Origin: a virus
Taxonomy: Duplodnaviria > Caudoviricetes
Direction: 5' to 3' (one strand)
Virus record (IMG/VR): IMGVR_UViG_3300009169_000025
Location: 1 to 59,105 of that record
Length of the DNA stretch: 59,105 bases
A model generated the notes under the pieces. It made no database searches. It was not told the DNA's origin and saw nothing but the letters and a program-made list of their open reading frames with translations. A program made the translations under genes and the position numbers. Of this stretch, positions 40,882 through 48,813 are shown piece by piece. Every line of letters starts with the position of its first letter. Position 1 is the stretch's first letter.

Positions 40882-42024
40882 CTATTCTGTGTCATCTATA
40901 AGCTCTATAGGACTTGTATTATATCCTACTCTTCTTGCACTTCTCCAAGTAACCTCTCCTACTTGAACTGTAGTCTCATCAGCAGTATAACCTACAGCAT
41001 GATTAGCATGTGTAAGGCCTTCTGCTGTACTAACAAGATTCATATAAGATTGCATTTGCATATTGTACTCATTTTGGAGAGGTCTCATTCTTTCTACTAA
41101 AGAGTCTACAGGATGAGGTCTTCTTTCAGTGATAGTTACTTCACTAGAAACAGGGTCCATAGCTACAAGATAAGGTGATTCTGTATGGGCAAAATCACTC
41201 CAAGTTGCAGCTTCTCTTTCCATCTCTTCTCTTTCTGCCTGATCTTCATCATGGTAGTTAGTCTCAAAGATTGGTAAAAGTTCAACAGGTTCAGAGTCAA
41301 ATAGTAGAGCTTCTTCTTCTACAGATAGTTCATGGTCTTGAATAGATTCAGGTACTTCTAACTCCTCAAACACAAAAGAGTCCTCTTCTTCTATGTGTAG
41401 GAATGTGGGCAGTACCCTATTCATGTACTCCTCTAATTGGCTAACAGAGTTAGCTTTAGGGATTTCAAAAATGTTTGCAAAGGTATTCTTTTCAATTTCT
41501 GATGAGGTAATCACTCTTACCTCTATACCTTTTTGATAGCAAGACAATAATAATTCTTTTTGAAACCTTCTGTTTAAAGGAGCAAGATTGGGGTCAGTAA
41601 AGAAAGATGTGGAATAAAACAAAACAAAATTTTTATTGTCAACAGGGTTGACTTCTGACCCATATCTCAGCTCAGAGAACTTTCTGATGTCTGGGTCTTG
41701 ATAAGCTTGTCTAGACATGCCTAACACCATAAGAGGAATCCCTTCCTCAGTGTACATTGCACCTTTCAAGAAGTAATAGAACTTACCACCTATAGTAATT
41801 TTTCTTGGGGCAATAGCCATTTCTAAAGCATCCTTTATGTGCTTTAAAGTATTAGGTTTTCTAATAGAGCCCTTTTCAAAAGAAGGTCTCTGATAAAATT
41901 GAACCCCACCATCCTGATAATGAGTATGAAAAGCATAGATAGGAATGTAGGCATTAGCTGCTAATACAGTAATTTTAAAAGGATCATTGGTCAAGCTTCC
42001 TAGTGTGGAGACAATTATTCTCAC
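40882..42024 (-). CDS. Hypothetical protein with globular N-terminus and acidic disordered C-terminus
   Basis: 380 aa; ATG overlaps the E1 stop (ATGA); Glu/Asp-rich after about residue 210. Confidence 0.7.
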   Translation of the reverse strand: MRIIVSTLGSLTNDPFKITVLAANAYIPIYAFHTHYQDGGVQFYQRPSFEKGSIRKPNTLKHIKDALEMAIAPRKITIGGKFYYFLKGAMYTEEGIPLMVLGMSRQAYQDPDIRKFSELRYGSEVNPVDNKNFVLFYSTSFFTDPNLAPLNRRFQKELLLSCYQKGIEVRVITSSEIEKNTFANIFEIPKANSVSQLEEYMNRVLPTFLHIEEEDSFVFEELEVPESIQDHELSVEEEALLFDSEPVELLPIFETNYHDEDQAEREEMEREAATWSDFAHTESPYLVAMDPVSSEVTITERRPHPVDSLVERMRPLQNEYNMQMQSYMNLVSTAEGLTHANHAVGYTADETTVQVGEVTWRSARRVGYNTSPIELIDDTE

Positions 42025-42722
42025 AGTTCAGAAGCTGAATAGTTCATAGGAACTACAAATTCATAGTAGAAAGGGACTTCTCTGATAGTTTCTCCACTAT
42101 AAATGTTGGCAATATGGTTAGTAAAATAAGAAGTCATAAGAGTTCCTATCATTGCTGCAGTATGAGAGCTTTGTTTCATAGTACAAGGAGCTTCCTCCAC
42201 TACTGAATCATGAAACAAATGGTCTTTTTCATACCTGTCAGCATTCTCTGGAGTAACACAGAATATCTGTAGTTGCTCTATCTCTAGTCTACCATCTATA
42301 AAGATTGGAATTACCCCTGGTGGAGCTGTGCTCCAGGACTTCTTCCAGACATGAAACAATGCATTTCTTGCTTCCATATTGTCAAAAGCTGAAAACATAA
42401 AGTGATGTGTCATTGTATTCATATCAATTCTTTCATTGAATGTAGATAAAGGAATATTACAAAAAGCTGCTACAACTCTTGCTACTGCTGTTACTTTAGG
42501 TTGACCTAAGTCTTGTTGCATAAATAATTGACCACCTAGATTGTGATCCTCTACAGTATCAAAGTCATAGAGATTAACTCTAAAACCTATCTTGGTTAAG
42601 AAATAACATAACCAAGAACCAATACCACCTGCACCACCTACCATGCACACTTCATTGTTTCTAGGAAACCATGGTGCATCTTTAAATCTAGACTGCTGGG
42701 TTGTGTCTCTTGTCTGTCTCAT
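42021..42722 (-). CDS. ThiF/MoeB/E1-family adenylating enzyme
   Basis: GAGGIGS nucleotide loop, DFDTVEDHNLGGQ, PK, FDN..AR, IDGR; candidate catalytic Cys180 (EEAPCT); no CxxC zinc pairs. Confidence 0.92.
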   Translation of the reverse strand: MRQTRDTTQQSRFKDAPWFPRNNEVCMVGGAGGIGSWLCYFLTKIGFRVNLYDFDTVEDHNLGGQLFMQQDLGQPKVTAVARVVAAFCNIPLSTFNERIDMNTMTHHFMFSAFDNMEARNALFHVWKKSWSTAPPGVIPIFIDGRLEIEQLQIFCVTPENADRYEKDHLFHDSVVEEAPCTMKQSSHTAAMIGTLMTSYFTNHIANIYSGETIREVPFYYEFVVPMNYSASEL

Positions 42723-43947
42723 TTTCCATAAATTTAAAAATCATTGCATCAATAGTTTTAACAGATAACCCTATCTCTGGATAAAGTAACTGCAAGTCTT
42801 TAAGCACATCAATGACCTCATAAGTCTTCTCAATAAAGTCTCTACTGTTTGAATTAGGGAAATGCTGATTAAAAGTTGTAGCATAATCATTAATCACAGA
42901 CTTAGCAAGTTCTGCAGGAGTCAAATTAAAGTCAGCTACTACATCTAAAACATCTTCTAAAGTCTCAAAATCATCTATTGGACCATTAGTAAAATCAAAT
43001 AAAGACTTACAAAAGTCATAGATTGCCTTTTCTTCTAGGTCCTCTTCTTCTAGGTCATCAATAAGATTAGAAGGAACATCCCAATCATCAAAGAGATTTT
43101 TTTGCTCTTTTTGATGATTCTGTTGAAAGCTTTTGTTCCAGCTTTCCATTTCCCTCTCTTCTTGGGATTTGTAGAATTGCCTGGGATTGCTTTTATTAGG
43201 ATTACTACTAGGAGTTCTCTGCCATCCTGAACTTTTTGCAGGCAAGTTAGAAGGGTACTCAACTTTCTTTACAGGTTTAGGCTCCATGATTTTTGCTACT
43301 TGAACTGAGAATTGGTCTGTAACTAGAATTGTGCTTTCAGGAGCATCAATATCACAGTCATAGATAAATAACTTCTTAGTGTTAACTTCAAAGTCTTGTT
43401 TCTCAATAACATAATTATGGCCTTCAGCATTTTTAGCTGTATAAGGAACCTGTTTAATATCCTTCTTAGCTTCTCCAATGAAAGCAACTTTGGCAATAAA
43501 GTCCATGTAGTTGTTTACAATAAAAGAAAGATAGAAGTTATGTGCCGGAGCATTGTCATTAAGCTCTGCCATATCTGTACCTGAGAAGAAAACACTCATT
43601 ACATTGTGGCTGTGAATATGACCTAATTTCCAAGTACATCTTTCTTCAAAATCTTCTTCAATGAAGTCAATAAATCTATCATCAAGATGGTATTCAGTAT
43701 AAGCTGAACTACCCATATCTAAAGGAAGTATTGTCTTTAAAGTGATTTTGAATGTGCCAGGTTTTTCAATACTACCCTCTGTAGTATAAAATAGAGCACC
43801 TGACCACTCTACTTTTGGTATGTTTTTACATAGATACTGAATCTGATGTAACACTTCTATTGGCATTACTAAGGGAATGGTAGATTTTAATTCCACTTTT
43901 GGTAACTGCCTTGCTATAGATTCTTGACTCAAGTTGGCTAAGGACAT
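42688..43947 (-). CDS. JAB/MPN+ metalloprotease (deubiquitinase-like) with acidic C-terminal extension
   Basis: E47 (EWSG) and H112-S-H114...S122-x-x-D125 form a complete JAMM motif. Confidence 0.9.
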   Translation of the reverse strand: MSLANLSQESIARQLPKVELKSTIPLVMPIEVLHQIQYLCKNIPKVEWSGALFYTTEGSIEKPGTFKITLKTILPLDMGSSAYTEYHLDDRFIDFIEEDFEERCTWKLGHIHSHNVMSVFFSGTDMAELNDNAPAHNFYLSFIVNNYMDFIAKVAFIGEAKKDIKQVPYTAKNAEGHNYVIEKQDFEVNTKKLFIYDCDIDAPESTILVTDQFSVQVAKIMEPKPVKKVEYPSNLPAKSSGWQRTPSSNPNKSNPRQFYKSQEEREMESWNKSFQQNHQKEQKNLFDDWDVPSNLIDDLEEEDLEEKAIYDFCKSLFDFTNGPIDDFETLEDVLDVVADFNLTPAELAKSVINDYATTFNQHFPNSNSRDFIEKTYEVIDVLKDLQLLYPEIGLSVKTIDAMIFKFMENETDKRHNPAV

Positions 43948-45019
43948 CTTTTAAAAAATTAGGATAAACAATAAGGTTTTCTAAAGGGACAATAGGTTGA
44001 TTTCTTGTGTCCTCTTTAATTAATTTGGCAAACACTTTCTTGCCTCTGAAAATAGTGTATTCTGTATGAGCAGTAACATCAAAATCTTTTTCAGATTGTT
44101 GATCAGCTTTCATTTGAAGAAATTCAGCAAAAGTATTAGGTACTTTAGAAACTAAAATAGTTTTGTATTTATCAAAAGTAAAACATTGTAGTACTAGAGT
44201 TTTTACAAACTCATCAGCTTTTTCATTAGGTCTAATCCTGTACAATCCTCTTTCAACATAGAAATCTAAGTTTAAGGGAATTTTATCAGTTTGGATTCTT
44301 TTGACAACAGTGTTGACATAGTTTTGGTTTGCAGAAGTAACTCTGTCATTAAGAGCATTTTTAATGTCTCTTATCTTTCTATAAGGAACACCCTCTAAAG
44401 ATTCCCAAGTAACCATAGAATCAACACAGAAAAGATACAATTCATATCTATCCCAGTCCATTTCTACTTCAAACTCAGCTATCATTCTACTTACATCAGT
44501 ATCTCCACCTACACAAAAAGTTGTAACATAGAAAGGTTGTGTTTGCCAGGAACTATGGCCAGGTAAATGACTTTGCTGATAAGAAGCAGCCACTTCTAGT
44601 TTAGTCTTACTAAATCTACCACCCATAGGATGTTTAGTGTAGATATGTCCTCCATTATTAGGGTTATAAGCTACTTGATGAACTATTACTAAATCTTTGA
44701 TTGTGTGTAAATCTCCATTACTATTTGTAATGGTAAACTGTGGATAAAGAACTTTAAAGTAAGGATAGAAACCAGATCCATCATAAATAAAACCTAAATC
44801 ATACAAGTTTTTGTACTTAGCATTAAACAAATCTAATAGCTTGTAAAACTCATTGATAGCTTTTTGATTAGGATTGTTTTGTCTTTCAAAATGTAGTCTG
44901 CCTTTGTCAAATAGAAACTGTAAAAAGTCTTTGTCTTTATGCGTGTTCATTAGCATAGCATTATGAACTATTTTACTAAGTCCATCATAAGTTGCTAGTG
45001 GATTATCAATTATATTCAT
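43826..45019 (-). CDS. Putative prokaryotic E2-like (UBC-fold) conjugating protein
   Basis: Beta-meander followed by SH151LP...FC169VG and a helix ending WESLEGVPY, resembling the H...CxG core of E2 folds; located between the Ubl and JAB genes. Confidence 0.6.
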   Translation of the reverse strand: MNIIDNPLATYDGLSKIVHNAMLMNTHKDKDFLQFLFDKGRLHFERQNNPNQKAINEFYKLLDLFNAKYKNLYDLGFIYDGSGFYPYFKVLYPQFTITNSNGDLHTIKDLVIVHQVAYNPNNGGHIYTKHPMGGRFSKTKLEVAASYQQSHLPGHSSWQTQPFYVTTFCVGGDTDVSRMIAEFEVEMDWDRYELYLFCVDSMVTWESLEGVPYRKIRDIKNALNDRVTSANQNYVNTVVKRIQTDKIPLNLDFYVERGLYRIRPNEKADEFVKTLVLQCFTFDKYKTILVSKVPNTFAEFLQMKADQQSEKDFDVTAHTEYTIFRGKKVFAKLIKEDTRNQPIVPLENLIVYPNFLKDVLSQLESRIYSKAVTKSGIKIYHSLSNANRSVTSDSVSM

Positions 45020-45026
45020 AACTTGA

Positions 45027-45058
45027 AAATTAAAGGGCTTATATTACCTAAGCCCTTT
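45027..45058 (-). terminator. Intrinsic terminator/attenuator between the Ubl and E2 genes
   Basis: Perfect 10-bp stem AAAGGGCTTA (45032-45041) / TAAGCCCTTT (45049-45058), followed by AATTTT on the - strand. Confidence 0.7.
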
Positions 45059-45065
45059 GTTAATA

Positions 45066-45809
45066 CTATCTGTAACCTGCAGACATTTCTCTAGCTTCTC
45101 TAGCTATAGCTTCTTCTTCAGTTTCTTCTCTTTCTGAAGTATCAGCAGAAACATTTGCAATAGCAATTTCATCAGAAAGTCTATGTAAATGTTTTACAAC
45201 TTTATCATAGGCATCATAGCCATGTAAAGGAGCTACTATTCTTAAAGCTTCTTCCACTCTTCCAGCATCTGAAACAGGTACATTACTAAAGGTAGTTTCA
45301 GCAACAGGAGTTTTCTCAGCTTTTGGAGTTACAGCACAAGCTTTTGGAGCTTTTTCTTTAACTGGAGTTGGAGCTGGAGCTGCAGTAGTAGATGCAGTAG
45401 CACCATTACAATACTTAGCTACCAAATCCTGTACTACAGGAGTTGATAACTGAGTCATGTTTTTACCATCAATAACAAACTTAGACTTGTCACCAGGGTG
45501 ATCAGCTAAGTGAGCCTTAATGATACCAAAACACTCTTTTCTATCAGGAGCACCTGACTTAGTTTGTTTTGGTCTCAAGAACAATCTGAAGTTTCCTTCA
45601 GGTAATACTGCTAAGTCATTAACAAGGTCTGTCTTGTTGATATTCTCAGCAGCTAATAATGAACTCAACTCAAAACCTTCTCTTTTAACCAAGGGTTGTA
45701 ATTCTCCCCAAGTTTTAGCAGCAGTTGTGATTTTCTTCATTTGGCCACCTCTAGTGGCATAAATTGTTACTTCTCTTTCAGTAGTAACCGGAGCTTGTAC
45801 TTCACTCAT
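45066..45809 (-). CDS. Ubiquitin-like (beta-grasp) domain precursor with C-terminal extension
   Basis: Residues 12-86 show beta-beta-alpha (TWGELQ)-beta...AVLPEGNFRLFL ending in KQTKSG86, followed by a small helical domain, an Ala/Pro linker and an acidic tail. Confidence 0.65.
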   Translation of the reverse strand: MSEVQAPVTTEREVTIYATRGGQMKKITTAAKTWGELQPLVKREGFELSSLLAAENINKTDLVNDLAVLPEGNFRLFLRPKQTKSGAPDRKECFGIIKAHLADHPGDKSKFVIDGKNMTQLSTPVVQDLVAKYCNGATASTTAAPAPTPVKEKAPKACAVTPKAEKTPVAETTFSNVPVSDAGRVEEALRIVAPLHGYDAYDKVVKHLHRLSDEIAIANVSADTSEREETEEEAIAREAREMSAGYR

Positions 45810-45826
45810 AATTTTTCTAGATTAAA

Positions 45827-46366
45827 TTACCAATTAATTGTTTCCCTGCCTAATCTCTTTAGGAGGATGTTTACATGTTCAGTATTGACAAACTTGCCTT
45901 TGAACACATAATTGTAATCTACATTGATAGGAATTTGATGAATAGTGCTATCATCATATCTCAGCACATTAAATATAGATTTGACAGGTAGATTAGCTGC
46001 AAATTTTTGTGCTTCTGTGGTAGGTAATAGCCAGAGAGTAGGATTACTCCTGGCTATATAATACACTACCTTTTTAATGAAGGGTTCCCAATACTCTGTG
46101 TGGTCCACATCTACACCTGATGTTAAAGAAACAGGTAGCCAGAACAAGCCTTGCTTTTCTAGTTCCCTAACATTTGGGTGTTTCCATGAGCCAATAACTA
46201 CTATTTTAATAGCTGACATAGGCATAGAAAAAACCCTGAAAACTTTATCAGCTTCAGGGTAGTATTTTTCTTTTGGTAAAACTTCATTTTTAAAGTAAAG
46301 GAAAGCATCTGTATTGAATTCATTCAAGAGAGGTTTCCAAGAATAATGAATATGTTTAAAATTCAT
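45827..46366 (-). CDS. Uracil-DNA glycosylase family 1-like protein, catalytic motifs degenerate
   Basis: SWK.LL, YYP...VFRVF, IKIVVIG, H...WEPF and terminal INW match UNG, but GQDPY is GSWKH and HPSP is absent. Confidence 0.75.
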   Translation of the reverse strand: MNFKHIHYSWKPLLNEFNTDAFLYFKNEVLPKEKYYPEADKVFRVFSMPMSAIKIVVIGSWKHPNVRELEKQGLFWLPVSLTSGVDVDHTEYWEPFIKKVVYYIARSNPTLWLLPTTEAQKFAANLPVKSIFNVLRYDDSTIHQIPINVDYNYVFKGKFVNTEHVNILLKRLGRETINW

Positions 46367-47391
46367 CCTGTAAATGTTTTAAGAAATTGCTTAAAATAGG
46401 CTGTATCTTTAGCTATACAGTCAGAAGGATCTTTAATTCCAAAGTCTAAACCCCTTTCAGATAACCATAGGTTTTTTGCTTTACCTGGAAACATAGTATT
46501 GATGTGATTTTTGACTTTTTCAGAGGCTATGATACCAGGTTGATCATTATCAAACCATACAATGACATTAACAAAATGTTTAACCAACTGATTTAAAATT
46601 AGGTCATTGGGTATCATACCCTCATTCTGAAACCAAACTACATTTTTACCATGATTCTTCAGTACTCTATAATCCTTATAACCTTTGGTAATTATAAGTT
46701 CACTACCATAACTCAGTAGAGAATTGATGCCACCTACATCATTCTGTGAGCAATTAGTAATAAACCTTCTCTTACCTTCTCTCATAGGGAAATAGATTTT
46801 CTTCTTTGAGTCAGGAAAATCAGTGTAACTGTATGCAATATCTCTGCATTCAATAGCATGACTCCCTGTCTTAGTATTCAAAGCATATAGTCTATGGATA
46901 GGAAATACTTTGTCCTCAATTAGATTCTTTTTGGATATACCATACTGTGACCAGAATTGCCCATCTTGGGCATTAAATGGTCTTGCTTCTATTAGGAGTT
47001 TGACTTTCTTTTTGGCTTCTTTTTGAACCTCTTTCTTAGCTTCTATTGGCCTTAACTCTTCTTTGCCTCTGATTAGAGAATTAAAGATAAATTCTAAAGT
47101 TAGATAGAAATTAGGAAATTTAAAGTAGTCTTGTACTATGTTAAAGCAATCACTGTGGGTTCTATTGTTACCAAAGTCCACAAAGTATAGCACTCCATTA
47201 TCATGTAAACTAAACCAACAGCCAGCAACATCATCATTCCTTAAAGGAGAAACAACATAATCAAATTCAACAGGTTTATACTTGAACACTAATTCAAAAA
47301 TATCTTCCTGAGTAACCAATGACAAGATGCTCTCTTTACTTATAAATCCTCTTCTATCAAGTTTATCTGAATTGTATTGAAATAAGCTCAT
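46363..47391 (-). CDS. DNA primase (crAss-like DnaG/Toprim)
   Basis: SPLRND...YFVDFG N-terminal domain; IITKGYKD, WFDNDQPG and KDPSD Toprim motifs. Confidence 0.85.
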   Translation of the reverse strand: MSLFQYNSDKLDRRGFISKESILSLVTQEDIFELVFKYKPVEFDYVVSPLRNDDVAGCWFSLHDNGVLYFVDFGNNRTHSDCFNIVQDYFKFPNFYLTLEFIFNSLIRGKEELRPIEAKKEVQKEAKKKVKLLIEARPFNAQDGQFWSQYGISKKNLIEDKVFPIHRLYALNTKTGSHAIECRDIAYSYTDFPDSKKKIYFPMREGKRRFITNCSQNDVGGINSLLSYGSELIITKGYKDYRVLKNHGKNVVWFQNEGMIPNDLILNQLVKHFVNVIVWFDNDQPGIIASEKVKNHINTMFPGKAKNLWLSERGLDFGIKDPSDCIAKDTAYFKQFLKTFTG

Positions 47392-47416
47392 AAGAAGAGG
47401 ATTTAGTTAGATTAGA

Positions 47417-48184
47417 TTAAGACCAAGCACCAGCAGGAGCTGCACCCATAGCTCCCATAGGAGATGCTGCAGCAGGACCACCCATTACTTGTTGAGTGCC
47501 TTTGTGAGAAGACATGAAGTTAGCATCTCTTTCAAAAGGATGCTTTTGACCATTAGAATTAACATAAGTTAATTTGCCATCTTCTGCTCTTTGCTCAACA
47601 AATACTCCAGGTTGAGCAGGTACAATAAAGTAACCACCCTTCATGTTTTTTGGTAAAGTTGGATAAGTCTTATCTTGCAAAGACCCATCTTGTTTCTTAC
47701 CAAAATTCCATTGGAATTCAAGGAACAAATCTAGTGGTTTTTTGTCATACCCAATAGGCAACAAAGAACAAATTCTAGTTGCATAGTCAGCAAAGCTAAC
47801 TGGAGGGGTTGCAAATGCTGCTCTTAGAGCTTCTTCTGTAACTCCTACTGCTTTCAAGTAATGAGTTACTGTAGCATTTTGTTGAACAATAAGAGTATTA
47901 AACCCTGCAATGTATTCAGCAGATGCTTTGTCAGCAATCTCTACATTGTTTTTGTCAACTACTCTGTCTACAGGGTTGATCCACTCTTTATAAGCTCTCT
48001 CTCCCACTGTGATTTCTAACTCAATAGCTTCTCTTGCAGGTTGCCCTTCTTTAGCTACATTGCTGTTGTAAGCAAATTTAGTTAAAGTAGCAACACCAAA
48101 GTTACCACCAAATTTAGCACCACTCTTGGTTTTTAATGATTCATCTGAATCTGATACAAATCCGTACCCTTGTAATTGTGACAT
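47417..48184 (-). CDS. Putative single-stranded DNA-binding/annealing accessory protein
   Basis: 255 aa, beta-rich with a flexible tail ending in Trp-Ser; sits between AAA ATPase and primase as SSB does in related phages (inferred from synteny). Confidence 0.45.
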   Translation of the reverse strand: MSQLQGYGFVSDSDESLKTKSGAKFGGNFGVATLTKFAYNSNVAKEGQPAREAIELEITVGERAYKEWINPVDRVVDKNNVEIADKASAEYIAGFNTLIVQQNATVTHYLKAVGVTEEALRAAFATPPVSFADYATRICSLLPIGYDKKPLDLFLEFQWNFGKKQDGSLQDKTYPTLPKNMKGGYFIVPAQPGVFVEQRAEDGKLTYVNSNGQKHPFERDANFMSSHKGTQQVMGGPAAASPMGAMGAAPAGAWS

Positions 48185-48213
48185 ATCAGTCTTTTTTAAT
48201 GATTAAACAATTC

Positions 48214-48588
48214 TTATCTCCAAGTTTCTTCTACTGCTTCAGTAGCTACAGGAGCTTCCTCTTCAGCTTGAGTTCCCATTTCTTCTTGGTTCTCAAAAGC
48301 TTGATTAGCTTCTGGTCCAGGAACATGAGCTACTTCTTCTACTGTTTCAGTAGTAGTTTCAGCTACAGGAGCATCTTCTTCATCATCTACAAGCTCAACA
48401 CCAGTGTATTGTTTCTTAGCTTTAAGATTTTTCAATTTTGGACTACTCCAAACCATTCTCTGCATTTCTGCTTGAGTTTTGCCATAGTGTTCAGCAATTT
48501 CTTTTCTGCTTTTCCCTTGGTCTAAAAGACTTTTCACTTCACTGATAGTGATTCTTAATGGAGCTTCTTGCTCAGTTGTATTTGACAT
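48214..48588 (-). CDS. Small HTH protein with acidic tail
   Basis: LLDQGKSRKEIAEHYGKT HTH pattern followed by a Glu-rich tail. Confidence 0.6.
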   Translation of the reverse strand: MSNTTEQEAPLRITISEVKSLLDQGKSRKEIAEHYGKTQAEMQRMVWSSPKLKNLKAKKQYTGVELVDDEEDAPVAETTTETVEEVAHVPGPEANQAFENQEEMGTQAEEEAPVATEAVEETWR

Positions 48589-48606
48589 ATTATATCAATT
48601 TAGAAA

Positions 48607-48813
48607 TTAATTATTGTACCCTTTTTGTTGTTCTACCCAATCCTGTTTCAACTGTCTTTCTTCTTCAGTTTCATTAGAACATCTTGGGCAGAGACTCTCA
48701 GTAGGCTGACTGCTTCTTAACAAAGCAATAGCCATTATTCCTAATAAAGCACCAACAACAATGCCTATTAGAAGTACTATAAACCAAGGTAAACTAGCCA
48801 TAGTACTCAGCAA
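48607..48813 (-). CDS. Small single-pass membrane protein (likely start 48801, MASLPW)
   Basis: TM helix WFIVLLIGIVVGALLGIMAIALL, then CPRC. Confidence 0.55.
   Translation of the reverse strand: MLSTMASLPWFIVLLIGIVVGALLGIMAIALLRSSQPTESLCPRCSNETEEERQLKQDWVEQQKGYNN

Noticed and set aside
40816-41100. + strand 94-aa ORF with a nearby TACCTTTG element
   Set aside because: Antisense to two coupled - strand genes; the element lies inside the ORF rather than upstream; likely chance.
42021-42722. ThiF as a thiamine or molybdopterin biosynthesis auxiliary metabolic gene
   Set aside because: No thiS/thiG/moaD/moaE or sulfur-transfer genes; neighbours are JAB, E2-like and Ubl genes.
43948-43960. In-phase slippery heptamer T-TTT-TTA in the E2-like gene suggesting an E2-JAB frameshift fusion
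   Set aside because: A -1 slip meets TAG within five codons; JAB is in the +1 frame; such runs are common in AT-rich DNA.
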